Source of the DNA: Planctomycetota bacterium
GTDB lineage: Bacteria > Planctomycetota > GCA-002687715 > DRQF01
Assembly: GCA_027001995.1 (NCBI GenBank)
Contig: JALTLO010000084.1
Coordinates: forward strand, 1 to 23,288
DNA length: 23,288 nucleotides
Direction: 5' to 3'
The position numbers were made by a program, and so were the translations under genes. Shown here in pieces: positions 8,690 through 18,185 of this stretch (position 1 is its first letter; each line of letters opens with the position of its first letter). The notes beneath the pieces were generated by a model. That model was not told where the DNA came from, did not search any database, and saw only the letters and a program-made list of their open reading frames with translations.

Positions 8690-10086
8690 TCAATCATCAT
8701 CAAATCGCCCAACCATCTGTTCGAAGAATTCATCGACAAGATCTTCATCTCGAACAATCGTCCCCCACTCCTCGCGGAATGTACGATTCGGATCGCCCCG
8801 AAATGAGAGCCAATTGAAGCTTGAGATAACGAAGAACTCATCATCCTTAATCAGAATCTTCGCGTGAGTATCGCCCAATCGCCGCAAAACAAATGAGTTG
8901 TAGTCTTGTCCAATTGCTTCGAGTTGGAGTCGCGCACGTCGATCCTCAGGCTTCTCATGATCACGTCCGAGTCCATACCCAACAAAGATGCGGACGTTTC
9001 GCTCCGCCGCTTCGCGAACACTTCGCAAGAAGTCATTCCCAACGACAGCCTCTCGAATCCATGGAGAAATTATCATCACCCGTTTAGCCGCCGATTCAAG
9101 TGACTCACGTAAGAGGGGAGCATGTTCATACACCGCCAATGGCCTTACCATTGGTAGTTTCGTTTTCGAAGCGGCGTCCGGTTGAGATCCGCCGTCAACT
9201 TCGCACGTTGCACTTGCTGCTGTTTCTTGGATTGCAGCAGCATAGTCTCGTTCCGCCACGTCCACCTTTCGTGAGAGTTCAGTTCCAAGGACGTCGCTTC
9301 GGGAGGTCTGCTCTTGCCGTTCCTTCAACCGCGTGAATAAGCGACTTTGATCAACCCCATTTTTCCGCGCGAAAGCAGCCTCGTGTTCTTTAGATAATCG
9401 GCCATCAATTGCAAAAGCGACTTGCAGGTCCCTTTCAATGTGGGCGCGATAGACAACTGAGACGGAAGGAGTGAACATCCGTTCACGACGCTCAAGCGAC
9501 CGAATGGAGAGGATCTCAACCTTAGCATCTACTCTTGCATGGTAGCTTGCCAGTGCGTTTCGAACATCGTCCAGTTCTATCTCCTCCAACACCGGCGGTC
9601 TCGCAGGGAATGCGCGAATCTCACCCATCGCGGCATTCTTGAGGTCTCGGGGCCGCAGGAGTCGCTCTGCCGCAATGTGGATAGGCTTCCTCGTGAGTCC
9701 GTCATAATAGAAGACTACTGTACTTTCAGTTGGCCTCTCCAATTCGCCTTCACGCGCAACCTCTCGCCCCTTCTCTGTCAGCTTAACGAAGACCTCCTCC
9801 CCCCCCGCGTCCTTGAACTTCGTACACAATCGTCCCTAACCAAGTCGGCGAGAGTGGAGTCGACCATACTGTCTGATAAACCCAAGAGGCCTGCTATTAC
9901 CGACGTGTCGCGTGCACCAGAATGCATAGCCCGCAAAACGAATTCGGCGACAGGATCGATCTTTCGGCGCGTCACGCATAGAACGATCGCGGTAATTCGA
10001 TAGATCGGCAGCCCAACTTCGCCGTAGGCGACAACCTCATAACCGACACGATTATCTAATTGCCTGGCAACTTCTTCGGACTCCAT
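8690..10086 (-). CDS. mkoB: PLD-family nuclease with N-terminal wHTH-like region (Mokosh type I MkoB-like), split by a frameshift near G8 at 9799-9806
   Basis: C-terminal IISPWI...HAKILIKDDEFFVISSFNWLS (HKD motif). ORFs 9778..10086 and 8690..9829 overlap across the G8 run; one extra G gives a single 465-aa ORF. Starts 2 nt after the kinase-helicase stop. Confidence 0.75.
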
Positions 10087-10088
10087 AG

Positions 10089-13000
10089 TTAGGCCTCCAC
10101 AATCGAGCAGTCATCGGGATGAACATCGATGTATTCAAGGACATTGCGCCACGGATTTTCGCCCGATGCTAACCGTGCGAATTCGGCATCGCCGACAATC
10201 ACAAGTCCGAATCGAGCCCGAGAAAGTGCAACGTTCGCACGTCGTCGTTCGCGCAAGAATCCAAGGTCGCCAACCTTATTACTACGGGTAAGCGAGTAAA
10301 TCGCGATGTCCACTTCCCGTCCTTGAAAGGCATCGACCGTGTTGCATTCAATCTCCAAGTTCTTGGTGGACCTGTGGACACTGTCGATTACTCGGTCAAG
10401 AGCATCTCGCTGCGATGCGTAACCCGTCAGTACCCCGACGCTGAAGAAACGATTTCTTGCAGCCGCAATCAGATCCAGTGACTCGAGAAACTGTGCAATG
10501 AACTTCGTCTCCGCGATGTTTCGGTAGCTGGACGCATCGCTGTGTTCCCGCCGATTGGCACTTGACGAAGTATCGAGCCAAGTAACAGGGTTGCAAATCA
10601 GAGGATCCAGCAAGCCTCGCTCGCTCTTCCTCATGCTCTTAAGTTTTCCGTCATAAAAACACGTGCTAATTAGGTCACCAATCTCCCGTACCATTCGATG
10701 CTGCTCTGTCAGTTGGGATACACACTCTGATGGCAGTGCATCGCAGAGGTGATCAAGAAGCGAACTGCGAAGCTCTTGCCTCCCAATGCCCAGATTCTGC
10801 AAAGTTTCATCGTCATCGAGATCGCCGTCCGCGTGAGGAGGAAGTTGTTTGCGATCACCAATAACAATCCATGACTTTGCCTTCGACATGGGAATCAGCA
10901 ATTCCGTTGCGGTTGCCTTAGACGCTTCGTCGACGATGCAAAGATCGAACTCGGCTTCTTGCATCGCGTGGATGCCACCGATTCCAACACAAGTGCCTGC
11001 TACAATCTCTGCATCGGCGATCAATCCAGCCAAAAAGTCGCTCGCCCCGCCAAGCCGCAAATGCCAGTCTTCAACCAGCTGAAAATACCGATGCACGCGC
11101 TCAATATCGGGATTTCCTTTCAGAAGTTCGTTCTCCCATTCCAACAACTCGTCGTCGGACAAGGCGACCAATTCAGCACCGATGTCAAAGTCGCCGACCA
11201 GATTCTCTTCGACTTCATCCTGCTGCGCCCTTGCTCTCTTCAGCCGAATTGTCAGGTCCTCTCGAGTTTCGGTTTCGACTTCGATGCGTTCGTTGTTTTC
11301 ATCGAACCCATCATTCAAACCGGCAATGGCACGGCTCGATTCGATCGCCATCAACTCTGTCACAGAGGCCGATACTCGCTCAGACCTAGCTTGGAGCCTC
11401 AAGCGTCGAGCCCTGATGGATCGAAGCTTCGCAACCGCCATTCCCAAGTTGATGTTCTCAATATCAACTCCCTCTTGCTCAGCGAATTCCTGCACGTACG
11501 CGTGAGACGACTTTCGAATTTTTCGCTGCCAGACCCTGAGTCGGTTCTCAACCATCAAGTCTTCAACTCTTGAGGAGATCCGCGGATCTCCCTTTCGCCC
11601 AATCCTGAGCATTCTTCGAGCCGAATCAGCTTCTCTAATTCGCTCCAACGCATTGTCCAAGGCTACATGAGTCTGCGACACCAAGAGGATGCGAATTCTG
11701 GGATTCCTTCGAATCGCCTGTAGGACGACTTCTGTGATGAACCGCGTCTTTCCCGTTCCTGGCGGTCCTTCTACAAGAGTAAGGGCATCACTCCCCATTG
11801 AAGCACGCACTGCACTGCGTTTGCTTTCGTCGAGCCCTTTGTCGACGAAGCTCAATCCGTCTGCCACGCGGGGAGTTCTTGCCTTTTCTGGCGCAATCAG
11901 TATTTCACGTAGTTGAGGGGCCGCCGCACGTCGAAACCGGACGCGATCCAGAGCCCTCATCTGACGATCGATAGATCTCTGTTCTGCCCGAAAATCAACT
12001 TCCAGAATTCCTCGCGCCGGAACCTTCTCGACATCGCCAGATTCAATCCAGAACCCGATCTTTCCATCGCGGATTGACTCGACTTCTCCAGCGAGAAATG
12101 AATACTGTGAGAGTCGAATCAATCGTGATTGGCCGACAAGTTCTTCAGGTAACGACCGATTGCATTTCAATGTCGCACGGCTGCCTTGCCTTCCGATTAG
12201 CTCATATCTTATGGATTCGTCATTCGCTTTGCCCCGATTGCGCTTCGCGTGAAGTACGGCCAGCCACTTTTTGAAAATTAGATCGTCATCAATTTCCCGA
12301 GACGCGACGTCCTGGCAATACTCGTGCTCGGCAATTCGACCAATCAAATCGCGGATTACTTCGGCACCGTCTTTCTCGACCGCTCCTCGAACGCAGATTT
12401 GAAGTGCAACATCAATGTCAAAAGATCCTTCGCGCAGAAGATCCAGAACATGGGGAGGTCTCGGGGAAGCATAGTGAACAACCAAAAACGAACGTGTGTC
12501 TGCGTCTACGAACGCTCCGTACATGAACTCTGCACCGAAGATTGTGAGCGCCACTTGTTCTTTTTCGTGAGAATCTTTGGGTTGCTTGATCTTGACAGCC
12601 GCATCGTGTAGATCAACGGCTAATATGTCGTCAATCTGCCCTTCAGGGACACCGAGTTCAGAACTCAAGGTCTCGTAGGCCGCCCTGGTTAGACAGAGTG
12701 TGCAGGTCGGCTTGGTCTGCGAGCGGCGATGATGTTGTTCTCTCGGTAACTGGAGGGAGTCGATCTCTGTAAGGAGCTCTGCGACATTTGAGATTCGGTC
12801 ACGCGGGTCTCGCTCCATTGCGCGTTGCAAGACCAGCCCCACTTCTTCGTTGTCGAATTCGTTGAGTGATTCTTCAACTTCGTCATAAGTTCTGAGCCTC
12901 CGTTCAGCCATGCACTCAACCAGAAGCACTGCGAAGCCATAAACATCCCTTTGATCCACGTACCGAGAGTCTTCAGGTTCAGGAGGTGCGTAGGGCGGCG

Positions 13001-13514
13001 TGCGGAAATCTGCCATGGTGCGACCTATTCCAACCTGAGAGACAATTTTTGCGATCCCAAAATCAGTGATGCGCGGAGTGCCATCGGCGGTCATCATGAT
13101 GTTGTCGGGCTTGATGTCGCGATGCCGAATCCCCTGGGAAAAAGCATAAACGAGTCCAAGCAAGATCGGTCGTCCGATCTGTTGATAGAACGAGTCCCAT
13201 CCCGCGAGAGGGTTCTCTTTCAGATACGCCACCAGACTCGATTCCAACCATTCCAAAACAAGGAATCGCCGTTTCGATTCCGAATCGCGGCCACCATCGA
13301 GGAGCTTTACGACATTGGGATGCGCCAACTTCTGAAGGCTCTGCAATTCTCGGTCAAACGCAATTTCATCATGTGGAGTCGGGAAGGCAGGAAAGATCTT
13401 AACAGCAGCGCATCCTCCATTTACGCCGTCAATGGCCCTCCGTACCTCAGCCATTCCGCCTTGCCGAGGGGGTTCCTGATCTTGAATAACCCATCTATCA
13501 TTGAGTATGCGCAT
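10089..13514 (-). CDS. mkoA: Ser/Thr kinase - SF1 (Upf1/DNA2-like) helicase fusion (Mokosh type I MkoA-like)
   Basis: Kinase motifs GGMAEV, AVKIF, HRDIKPDN, DFG, PYAPPE. Helicase motifs GPPGTGKT, SQTHVALDN, DEASKA, GDRKQLPP, QHRM, TVDAFQGRE, NVALSRAR. GGAGAG RBS before ATG 13514 (1141 aa). Confidence 0.85.
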   Translation of the reverse strand: MRILNDRWVIQDQEPPRQGGMAEVRRAIDGVNGGCAAVKIFPAFPTPHDEIAFDRELQSLQKLAHPNVVKLLDGGRDSESKRRFLVLEWLESSLVAYLKENPLAGWDSFYQQIGRPILLGLVYAFSQGIRHRDIKPDNIMMTADGTPRITDFGIAKIVSQVGIGRTMADFRTPPYAPPEPEDSRYVDQRDVYGFAVLLVECMAERRLRTYDEVEESLNEFDNEEVGLVLQRAMERDPRDRISNVAELLTEIDSLQLPREQHHRRSQTKPTCTLCLTRAAYETLSSELGVPEGQIDDILAVDLHDAAVKIKQPKDSHEKEQVALTIFGAEFMYGAFVDADTRSFLVVHYASPRPPHVLDLLREGSFDIDVALQICVRGAVEKDGAEVIRDLIGRIAEHEYCQDVASREIDDDLIFKKWLAVLHAKRNRGKANDESIRYELIGRQGSRATLKCNRSLPEELVGQSRLIRLSQYSFLAGEVESIRDGKIGFWIESGDVEKVPARGILEVDFRAEQRSIDRQMRALDRVRFRRAAAPQLREILIAPEKARTPRVADGLSFVDKGLDESKRSAVRASMGSDALTLVEGPPGTGKTRFITEVVLQAIRRNPRIRILLVSQTHVALDNALERIREADSARRMLRIGRKGDPRISSRVEDLMVENRLRVWQRKIRKSSHAYVQEFAEQEGVDIENINLGMAVAKLRSIRARRLRLQARSERVSASVTELMAIESSRAIAGLNDGFDENNERIEVETETREDLTIRLKRARAQQDEVEENLVGDFDIGAELVALSDDELLEWENELLKGNPDIERVHRYFQLVEDWHLRLGGASDFLAGLIADAEIVAGTCVGIGGIHAMQEAEFDLCIVDEASKATATELLIPMSKAKSWIVIGDRKQLPPHADGDLDDDETLQNLGIGRQELRSSLLDHLCDALPSECVSQLTEQHRMVREIGDLISTCFYDGKLKSMRKSERGLLDPLICNPVTWLDTSSSANRREHSDASSYRNIAETKFIAQFLESLDLIAAARNRFFSVGVLTGYASQRDALDRVIDSVHRSTKNLEIECNTVDAFQGREVDIAIYSLTRSNKVGDLGFLRERRRANVALSRARFGLVIVGDAEFARLASGENPWRNVLEYIDVHPDDCSIVEA

Positions 13515-13531
13515 GTCTCTCTCCGCCCGTA

Positions 13532-13568
13532 CTGACACCAAGTCTATTGGTGTCAGCGAGAATGTCAA
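13532..13568 (-). promoter_or_regulatory. Sigma70-type promoter of mkoAB overlapped by a perfect 10-bp inverted-repeat operator
   Basis: - strand TTGACA (13568-13563), N16, TAGACT (13546-13541). CTGACACCAA-N5-TTGGTGTCAG at 13532-13556 is centred on the -10. Confidence 0.7.
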
Positions 13569-13691
13569 GACGGCCGAGTCTCGCTCTTGTAGCGAGCCGC
13601 GAAGAGTCGAATGCAACCACCGCCTCGAGTCCATTCGTCAATCGCTTCACGGCCACAACCAAGCATGTCAAGATTCCAACCGGAGAACGTG

Positions 13692-14111
13692 ATGCGCGAC
13701 AAGGGCACCCCATCCAGCCTGATGCGATTCCTCAAGAAGCGTGAGGAAACCGACGCAATCTCACTGAATGAACTCCAGAAGGACTTGACCGAACTGGTGA
13801 GAAAGGTCCGCGCCATCGTCGGCAATGAGCCGGAGGTCAATGGAGCCCTCCGGTTGCTCATGCTCCAACCGCTGTGGCAGGTCGCGGAAGAATTGGAGTC
13901 CATCAGGCGCATGGGGGTACGTGAGGCCGGGAGGCAGAGGATCCCCAACAACAAGCTCGGAACGACCGGCGTTGGTTGGTCACGCCAAACTTCCGCCTCA
14001 AGAGCTGCAGAACAACCAAGCGCATCCGGGCCTGGTATCCAACAGGCTCGGGAAAAGAGCCTGAATCGCTGGTTCGTCTTGAGCCTCCATGGAACGGTTG
14101 TGACTCCATGA
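13692..14111 (+). CDS. Hypothetical protein, divergent from mkoA
   Basis: GGAG RBS then ATG 13692. Helical N-terminal half. Stop overlaps the next ATG (ATGA at 14108-14111). Confidence 0.5.
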   Translation: MRDKGTPSSLMRFLKKREETDAISLNELQKDLTELVRKVRAIVGNEPEVNGALRLLMLQPLWQVAEELESIRRMGVREAGRQRIPNNKLGTTGVGWSRQTSASRAAEQPSASGPGIQQAREKSLNRWFVLSLHGTVVTP

Positions 14112-14584
14112 TTTACAACGAGCACCTCGCCACCTTCCGGGCATGGCCGGCAAAGATCTACGAACCAAAGCGCCGAGATGTCTACGAAATGGCGGAGGAT
14201 TTCCGAGCGGACCTCGACGCGATGAAACTACCCGACCACGAACACAGCACAACACTACTTAGGATCTCCTTGGGCACAGGCCACCGCCGCGAATCAAATG
14301 GATGGATCGAAATCGGAGGTCCGATACGAAACCGTTGGGACTCCGACGGTCAATTTGGACTGGGCATCCCTATCCCTCAGAACTATGCCGTTGTCGCAAT
14401 CCAACACCTGGGATCGACGTTCGGGGTCAGCGCTGAGCGGCTGGGAGACGAGCTTAGGGTCACTTGGAACGGCGCATTCATAATCCAAGAAAGAGTCCGT
14501 CTAATCGTTTGGGTCACCTCCAAGAAACAGCCTAACATTGTCATCTTAGTGTGCCCCGGATCTTGGCATACCTTCTGGGTCTGA
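14108..14584 (+). CDS. Hypothetical protein, 'TWNGAF' family paralog A
   Basis: ATGA-coupled start and clear similarity to the frame at ~21190-21630. Confidence 0.65.
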   Translation: MIYNEHLATFRAWPAKIYEPKRRDVYEMAEDFRADLDAMKLPDHEHSTTLLRISLGTGHRRESNGWIEIGGPIRNRWDSDGQFGLGIPIPQNYAVVAIQHLGSTFGVSAERLGDELRVTWNGAFIIQERVRLIVWVTSKKQPNIVILVCPGSWHTFWV

Positions 14585-14644
14585 GCTTGGATTCCCAAGA
14601 ATCCTCGACTCCTCCTTACACTGAATTTGAAGTGACCAAGAAAT

Positions 14645-14680
14645 GCCCGATCCCTTGGCGGCAACCATCAGGGACCGGGC
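14645..14680 (+). promoter_or_regulatory. Long GC-rich hairpin directly upstream of the Rep-like gene RBS
   Basis: GCCCG-A-TCCCT-TGG-[CGGCAA]-CCA-TC-AGGGA-C-CGGGC, followed by GAAAGGT and ATG 14695. Confidence 0.55.
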
Positions 14681-14694
14681 GGAAAGGTAATCAT

Positions 14695-16533
14695 ATGCAG
14701 GATACGTCCCATTCGGCGTCTGAACATTCCGCCGCTCAGTATTATCTCGACCAGTTATCGTGGGTCAAAATCCCCCCGCACCTCGTTTATTCCCAAATTC
14801 TGAGCGCGAAAGTCCGGGCGCTTCGAATCAAGCTCGAGTGCTTTGCAACAATGATCAGCAAAGGTTCTGAGTTCGCACCTCTGTTGAGTCCACAGTTCCT
14901 GTCCAAGGTTTTCGGTTTCGGAGAAAAAGCCGCCCGATCACAACTCAAGAAACTTCGAGAGAATGGTCTTCTGAAAGGAGAGACTCCTGTGTGGCCTCGT
15001 CTTCCAGGACTGCGCGCTCTCAAGCCTCTACATAAATACCTTCCCCCAAAAGTCAAAACTAACTGGTTTCATCGCGCTCCTCGACTTCTCGTAGGACACT
15101 TGGGCACGGCCGCTTTGCTGATCTACTTTCACCTCAAGCACAAAGAACTCAACTACTGGGTAGAGGTGCGCAAAGAAAGGAAGAGTAGCTGGTCCGAGTT
15201 GTCAACAGATCTACGACTCAGCAAGCGCGATGTTGGCGTGGGCCTGGAAGAGCTTAGACGTCTTTGTGTCGTGGACTGGACCAAAGGGAACTTCAAGTTG
15301 CTCGGTCTTCATGCTGAGAACGTCAACTTGTTCCGCTCTCACTTCTTCGTCACCGACGCCGACGTTTGTTGGCTAAGGCACCTCGGCTATCGGTGGCACT
15401 CAATGGACGTGGCCGCCCAAGAATGGTGCCAGGAGTTTGCACCTAACGATGAGATTGCTTGGGCATCCGATTCTGTCGGGACGTCGTTTTGGTACCGCTC
15501 TGCGATGGGACGAGTGCCTGATTTGGTACCGCCGAGCCCACCCCCATGGGACGCCATTGGCGTCCATCCCGTATGGGGTTACGGCCCTTCCGGCCTCCAC
15601 CCCTCTGGGGGAAACGAAGAGAAGAAAACCAAGATGAGCCCGCCCGCCATCTTCGACGGCCGGCAGGTTGCGCTGGAGACTTTGGAATTCAACAAGATCT
15701 GGATCGAGCTTGTACCTCCATTCATGTCGGTTCCATTCCTCGAACATGCCCTGGAGTCTCTTGATGCGGCCCGATGGATCGCCCTGTGGTTCGATGGTCT
15801 CAATGCCGTAGGCAATCTTGATTCCGAGGTCTTGGACAGTGCAGAGATTCGGCCACGAATCGTTACCGAATGGATCTCGGGTACTGCTCTTGCTCAGCTG
15901 CTGCTACAGATCACCAACGAGATCAGCCTATCCGACGCCGCAGATGTCAAAACGGCTGTGGCGGCTGTGGCTCACATCATGTCGAGGAAACCAGACGAGT
16001 ATGTCGCCCCGATGACGGTTGCCTATGAGGCGGCCAAGGACGGTCTGCCGCTCTTCAAGTACTTTGTAGCGGCGGCCCGTGGCGCGACCGGACGATTCAA
16101 AGAAGGAACCGGTCACCTTGAGGAGGCGATAGCTGAAGTCTATTCGGGAGACTCGTCGTGCCTTCGCGACTGGCGTTTCAGCGTTGCAGACGTGATCGGC
16201 CCAGCGATGAGCGCTTTTCCGCTCAACATCTTGCAGGGAGCCGCAATCGAGAAGTCTCTCGAGATTCTCAGTCATGATTTTCACCCTGTGACGTTCCTCT
16301 GGGAGAGACTACGGCGGGTTCGTCGAAAAAGAAGCCTCAAGGATCATGCAGCTTACGTTGACGAAATCTGGGAAGATCGTGCGACGAGAGTTCCGCAGGA
16401 CGTTGCTCGATACTGCAAGAAATGGTGCCAGGATCTTGCCGACTGGCGTGGTGATACTGCAATGATGATTATCCCGCTGTTCATCTATCCACACCTGGAA
16501 ACGCTGAGGCAATGGGCAAAGACGGCCTTATGA
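14695..16533 (+). CDS. Putative replication initiator-like protein with two N-terminal winged-HTH domains
   Basis: WVKIPPHLV...LSAKVRAL...FLSKVFGFGEKAARSQLKKLRENGLL and WFHRAPRLL...ALLIYFHL...SWSELSTDLRLSKRDVGVGLEELRRL are two HTH_36-like units. Pro-rich linker and helical C-terminal half. Confidence 0.55.
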   Translation: MQDTSHSASEHSAAQYYLDQLSWVKIPPHLVYSQILSAKVRALRIKLECFATMISKGSEFAPLLSPQFLSKVFGFGEKAARSQLKKLRENGLLKGETPVWPRLPGLRALKPLHKYLPPKVKTNWFHRAPRLLVGHLGTAALLIYFHLKHKELNYWVEVRKERKSSWSELSTDLRLSKRDVGVGLEELRRLCVVDWTKGNFKLLGLHAENVNLFRSHFFVTDADVCWLRHLGYRWHSMDVAAQEWCQEFAPNDEIAWASDSVGTSFWYRSAMGRVPDLVPPSPPPWDAIGVHPVWGYGPSGLHPSGGNEEKKTKMSPPAIFDGRQVALETLEFNKIWIELVPPFMSVPFLEHALESLDAARWIALWFDGLNAVGNLDSEVLDSAEIRPRIVTEWISGTALAQLLLQITNEISLSDAADVKTAVAAVAHIMSRKPDEYVAPMTVAYEAAKDGLPLFKYFVAAARGATGRFKEGTGHLEEAIAEVYSGDSSCLRDWRFSVADVIGPAMSAFPLNILQGAAIEKSLEILSHDFHPVTFLWERLRRVRRKRSLKDHAAYVDEIWEDRATRVPQDVARYCKKWCQDLADWRGDTAMMIIPLFIYPHLETLRQWAKTAL

Positions 16534-16665
16534 GCAACTGAATGACAGCAGTCGAACCAGAATTGGCAAGTGCCATTCGAGGGGGTGACATGGCGATTCG
16601 ATGCAACCAGGCCATACTGACAACAGTAGTGGTCGGTAGTGTCGAACGCACCTCAAGGAACCTGT

Positions 16666-17739
16666 ATGGCGAAACAACTTAAGAGTCAGTCGCAAGTCGC
16701 GGAAACATGTGCCGGAAAAGCGAAGAACGGGCGTTGCAGGGCTCGACCAATGGGAGGACGGAGATTCAGCTTCTTCCACGATCCGGAACTGGGAGATGAA
16801 TGCACAAGAGCACGTAGGAGAGGAGCGGCTGTGACAAACGGTCTCGCAATCACACCGCTTGCATTCAAGATCCCCTCGAACTTGCGATCAATCGCCGATC
16901 TCATGGAGTTGGTTGAGACCATTCTGCGAGCCACGATCGGCAACGATGTTGACCACAAGGTCGCCAATGCTCTTGGGAATCTGGTCAAGTTGCAAGTGAG
17001 TCTCCTGGATGATTTCCGATTGGAGGAACGCCTCGTAGCACTTGAAACCGCTTTCGTGGAAGGTGGACACCAAATGCGTAGGAAGAACCTCGCTGACCGA
17101 CTCGCGGCCCTGGAATCGCGTAACATTCCACCAACGGCGCTCTCATTTGAGGAGGCAGGCAGACATACCATTGGGCCCCGCGCGCAGGGCAACAGCGAGC
17201 GAGAGGTCTGCGATGCTCTGGACGAACAAGATCCAAGTCTCATGCGAAGCGGCTTCTTCGTTCCATCCGAATACGCCAGCTACGACCAAACCACTATCCG
17301 ATTCCCGGGCGAATGGGCCGCAAGACATGTAAACCCCTACGTAGCCATTGTCGGTCGCCTCAACGACGGAGGGTTCTCAGTATTGATGCCAGGTGGTGAG
17401 CGCTTTCCCCTTCGATCGCCTGAAGGTTTCGACTCGCGAGTGCTAGATCACCTGGCGGTGTTCTGGCTCGGCCTCCTGGCTCAAATCACGGAGACCTGGT
17501 CGACGTTCTGGTCACGGAGCGCTGGAGTCAGGGGCAGGATAGGACTGGCCTCATTCTGTATCGAGAGTGCCAAGAAACGAGCCAAGACGATGGAAGCTGA
17601 GGAGGATGCAGAAGAGCTTGCAGACTATCGGGCGGCCCTCGGTGTGCGAATCGAGTGGATCCTTGGGCACCACAAAGAACCTGACTCCATTCCGTGGGTG
17701 GTCGAGAGCACCGAAGCACAGATGGAGACGTCATCATGA
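16666..17739 (+). CDS. Satellite-type protein with N-terminal C-C-(S)-H zinc-knuckle-like motif (HGGxSTG/DUF5763-like), fused in frame to a second module
   Basis: CAGKAKNGRCRARPMGGRRFSFFHDP...RARRRG, then LEERLVALE. Internal RBS and ATG at 17074 (MRRKNLADRLAALE). Confidence 0.55.
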   Translation: MAKQLKSQSQVAETCAGKAKNGRCRARPMGGRRFSFFHDPELGDECTRARRRGAAVTNGLAITPLAFKIPSNLRSIADLMELVETILRATIGNDVDHKVANALGNLVKLQVSLLDDFRLEERLVALETAFVEGGHQMRRKNLADRLAALESRNIPPTALSFEEAGRHTIGPRAQGNSEREVCDALDEQDPSLMRSGFFVPSEYASYDQTTIRFPGEWAARHVNPYVAIVGRLNDGGFSVLMPGGERFPLRSPEGFDSRVLDHLAVFWLGLLAQITETWSTFWSRSAGVRGRIGLASFCIESAKKRAKTMEAEEDAEELADYRAALGVRIEWILGHHKEPDSIPWVVESTEAQMETSS

Positions 17740-18185
17740 TCGAATCCAATCCCCAAGACGTCCTTCTTGCTCAGTGCCAAGACCTGGCACGAAACTGGGG
17801 TACCGGTCGCTATTGCCGCTCCGGTTGGAAGCGCCGCCTGTTCATCGTCTTGTGTACGCTTTTCATGGGGCGACTTTGGTTCGGTGAGGGCACCGACAGC
17901 TTCAGGAGTGTAGGAACCCCCTATTTCGACCGGCCCGAAGATCTTGACCCTGAGTTCCTCCTCGTGCTCGCCGTTCTTACGAACACTTCCGAGGTCGTGA
18001 GCCAGTGCCTCAACTGGCCGCAGACGCTTGAACTGACGGAACGCTTGACTGGTGAGCTTGTCAGAACAATGTCGGAGGAAGAGACCCAAGGCATGCAGGT
18101 GTTGATCCGGTCAATTGCAGTGCGAGAGATGCGGTACGTTCGCAGATTCCCAGAAATCGAACCTGAGGAGAAGCCCCATGCGTGA
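17736..18185 (+). CDS. Hypothetical protein
   Basis: ATGA overlap with the previous stop; overlaps the next gene's start. Confidence 0.6.
   Translation: MIESNPQDVLLAQCQDLARNWGTGRYCRSGWKRRLFIVLCTLFMGRLWFGEGTDSFRSVGTPYFDRPEDLDPEFLLVLAVLTNTSEVVSQCLNWPQTLELTERLTGELVRTMSEEETQGMQVLIRSIAVREMRYVRRFPEIEPEEKPHA

Noticed and set aside
10199..13535. Antisense and alternate-frame ORFs within mkoA (e.g. 10959..11573, 12951..13535)
   Set aside because: They overlap a well-supported gene and have no recognisable motifs.
13515..13634. 40-aa N-terminal extension of the kinase-helicase in the ORF track
   Set aside because: It spans the predicted promoter and operator; a good RBS precedes ATG 13514 at the kinase domain start.
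16624..16641. CAGTAGTG/CGGTAGTG pair resembling the arm-type repeats at 6858-6876
   Set aside because: Short imperfect match with different spacing and no att core nearby; could be chance.
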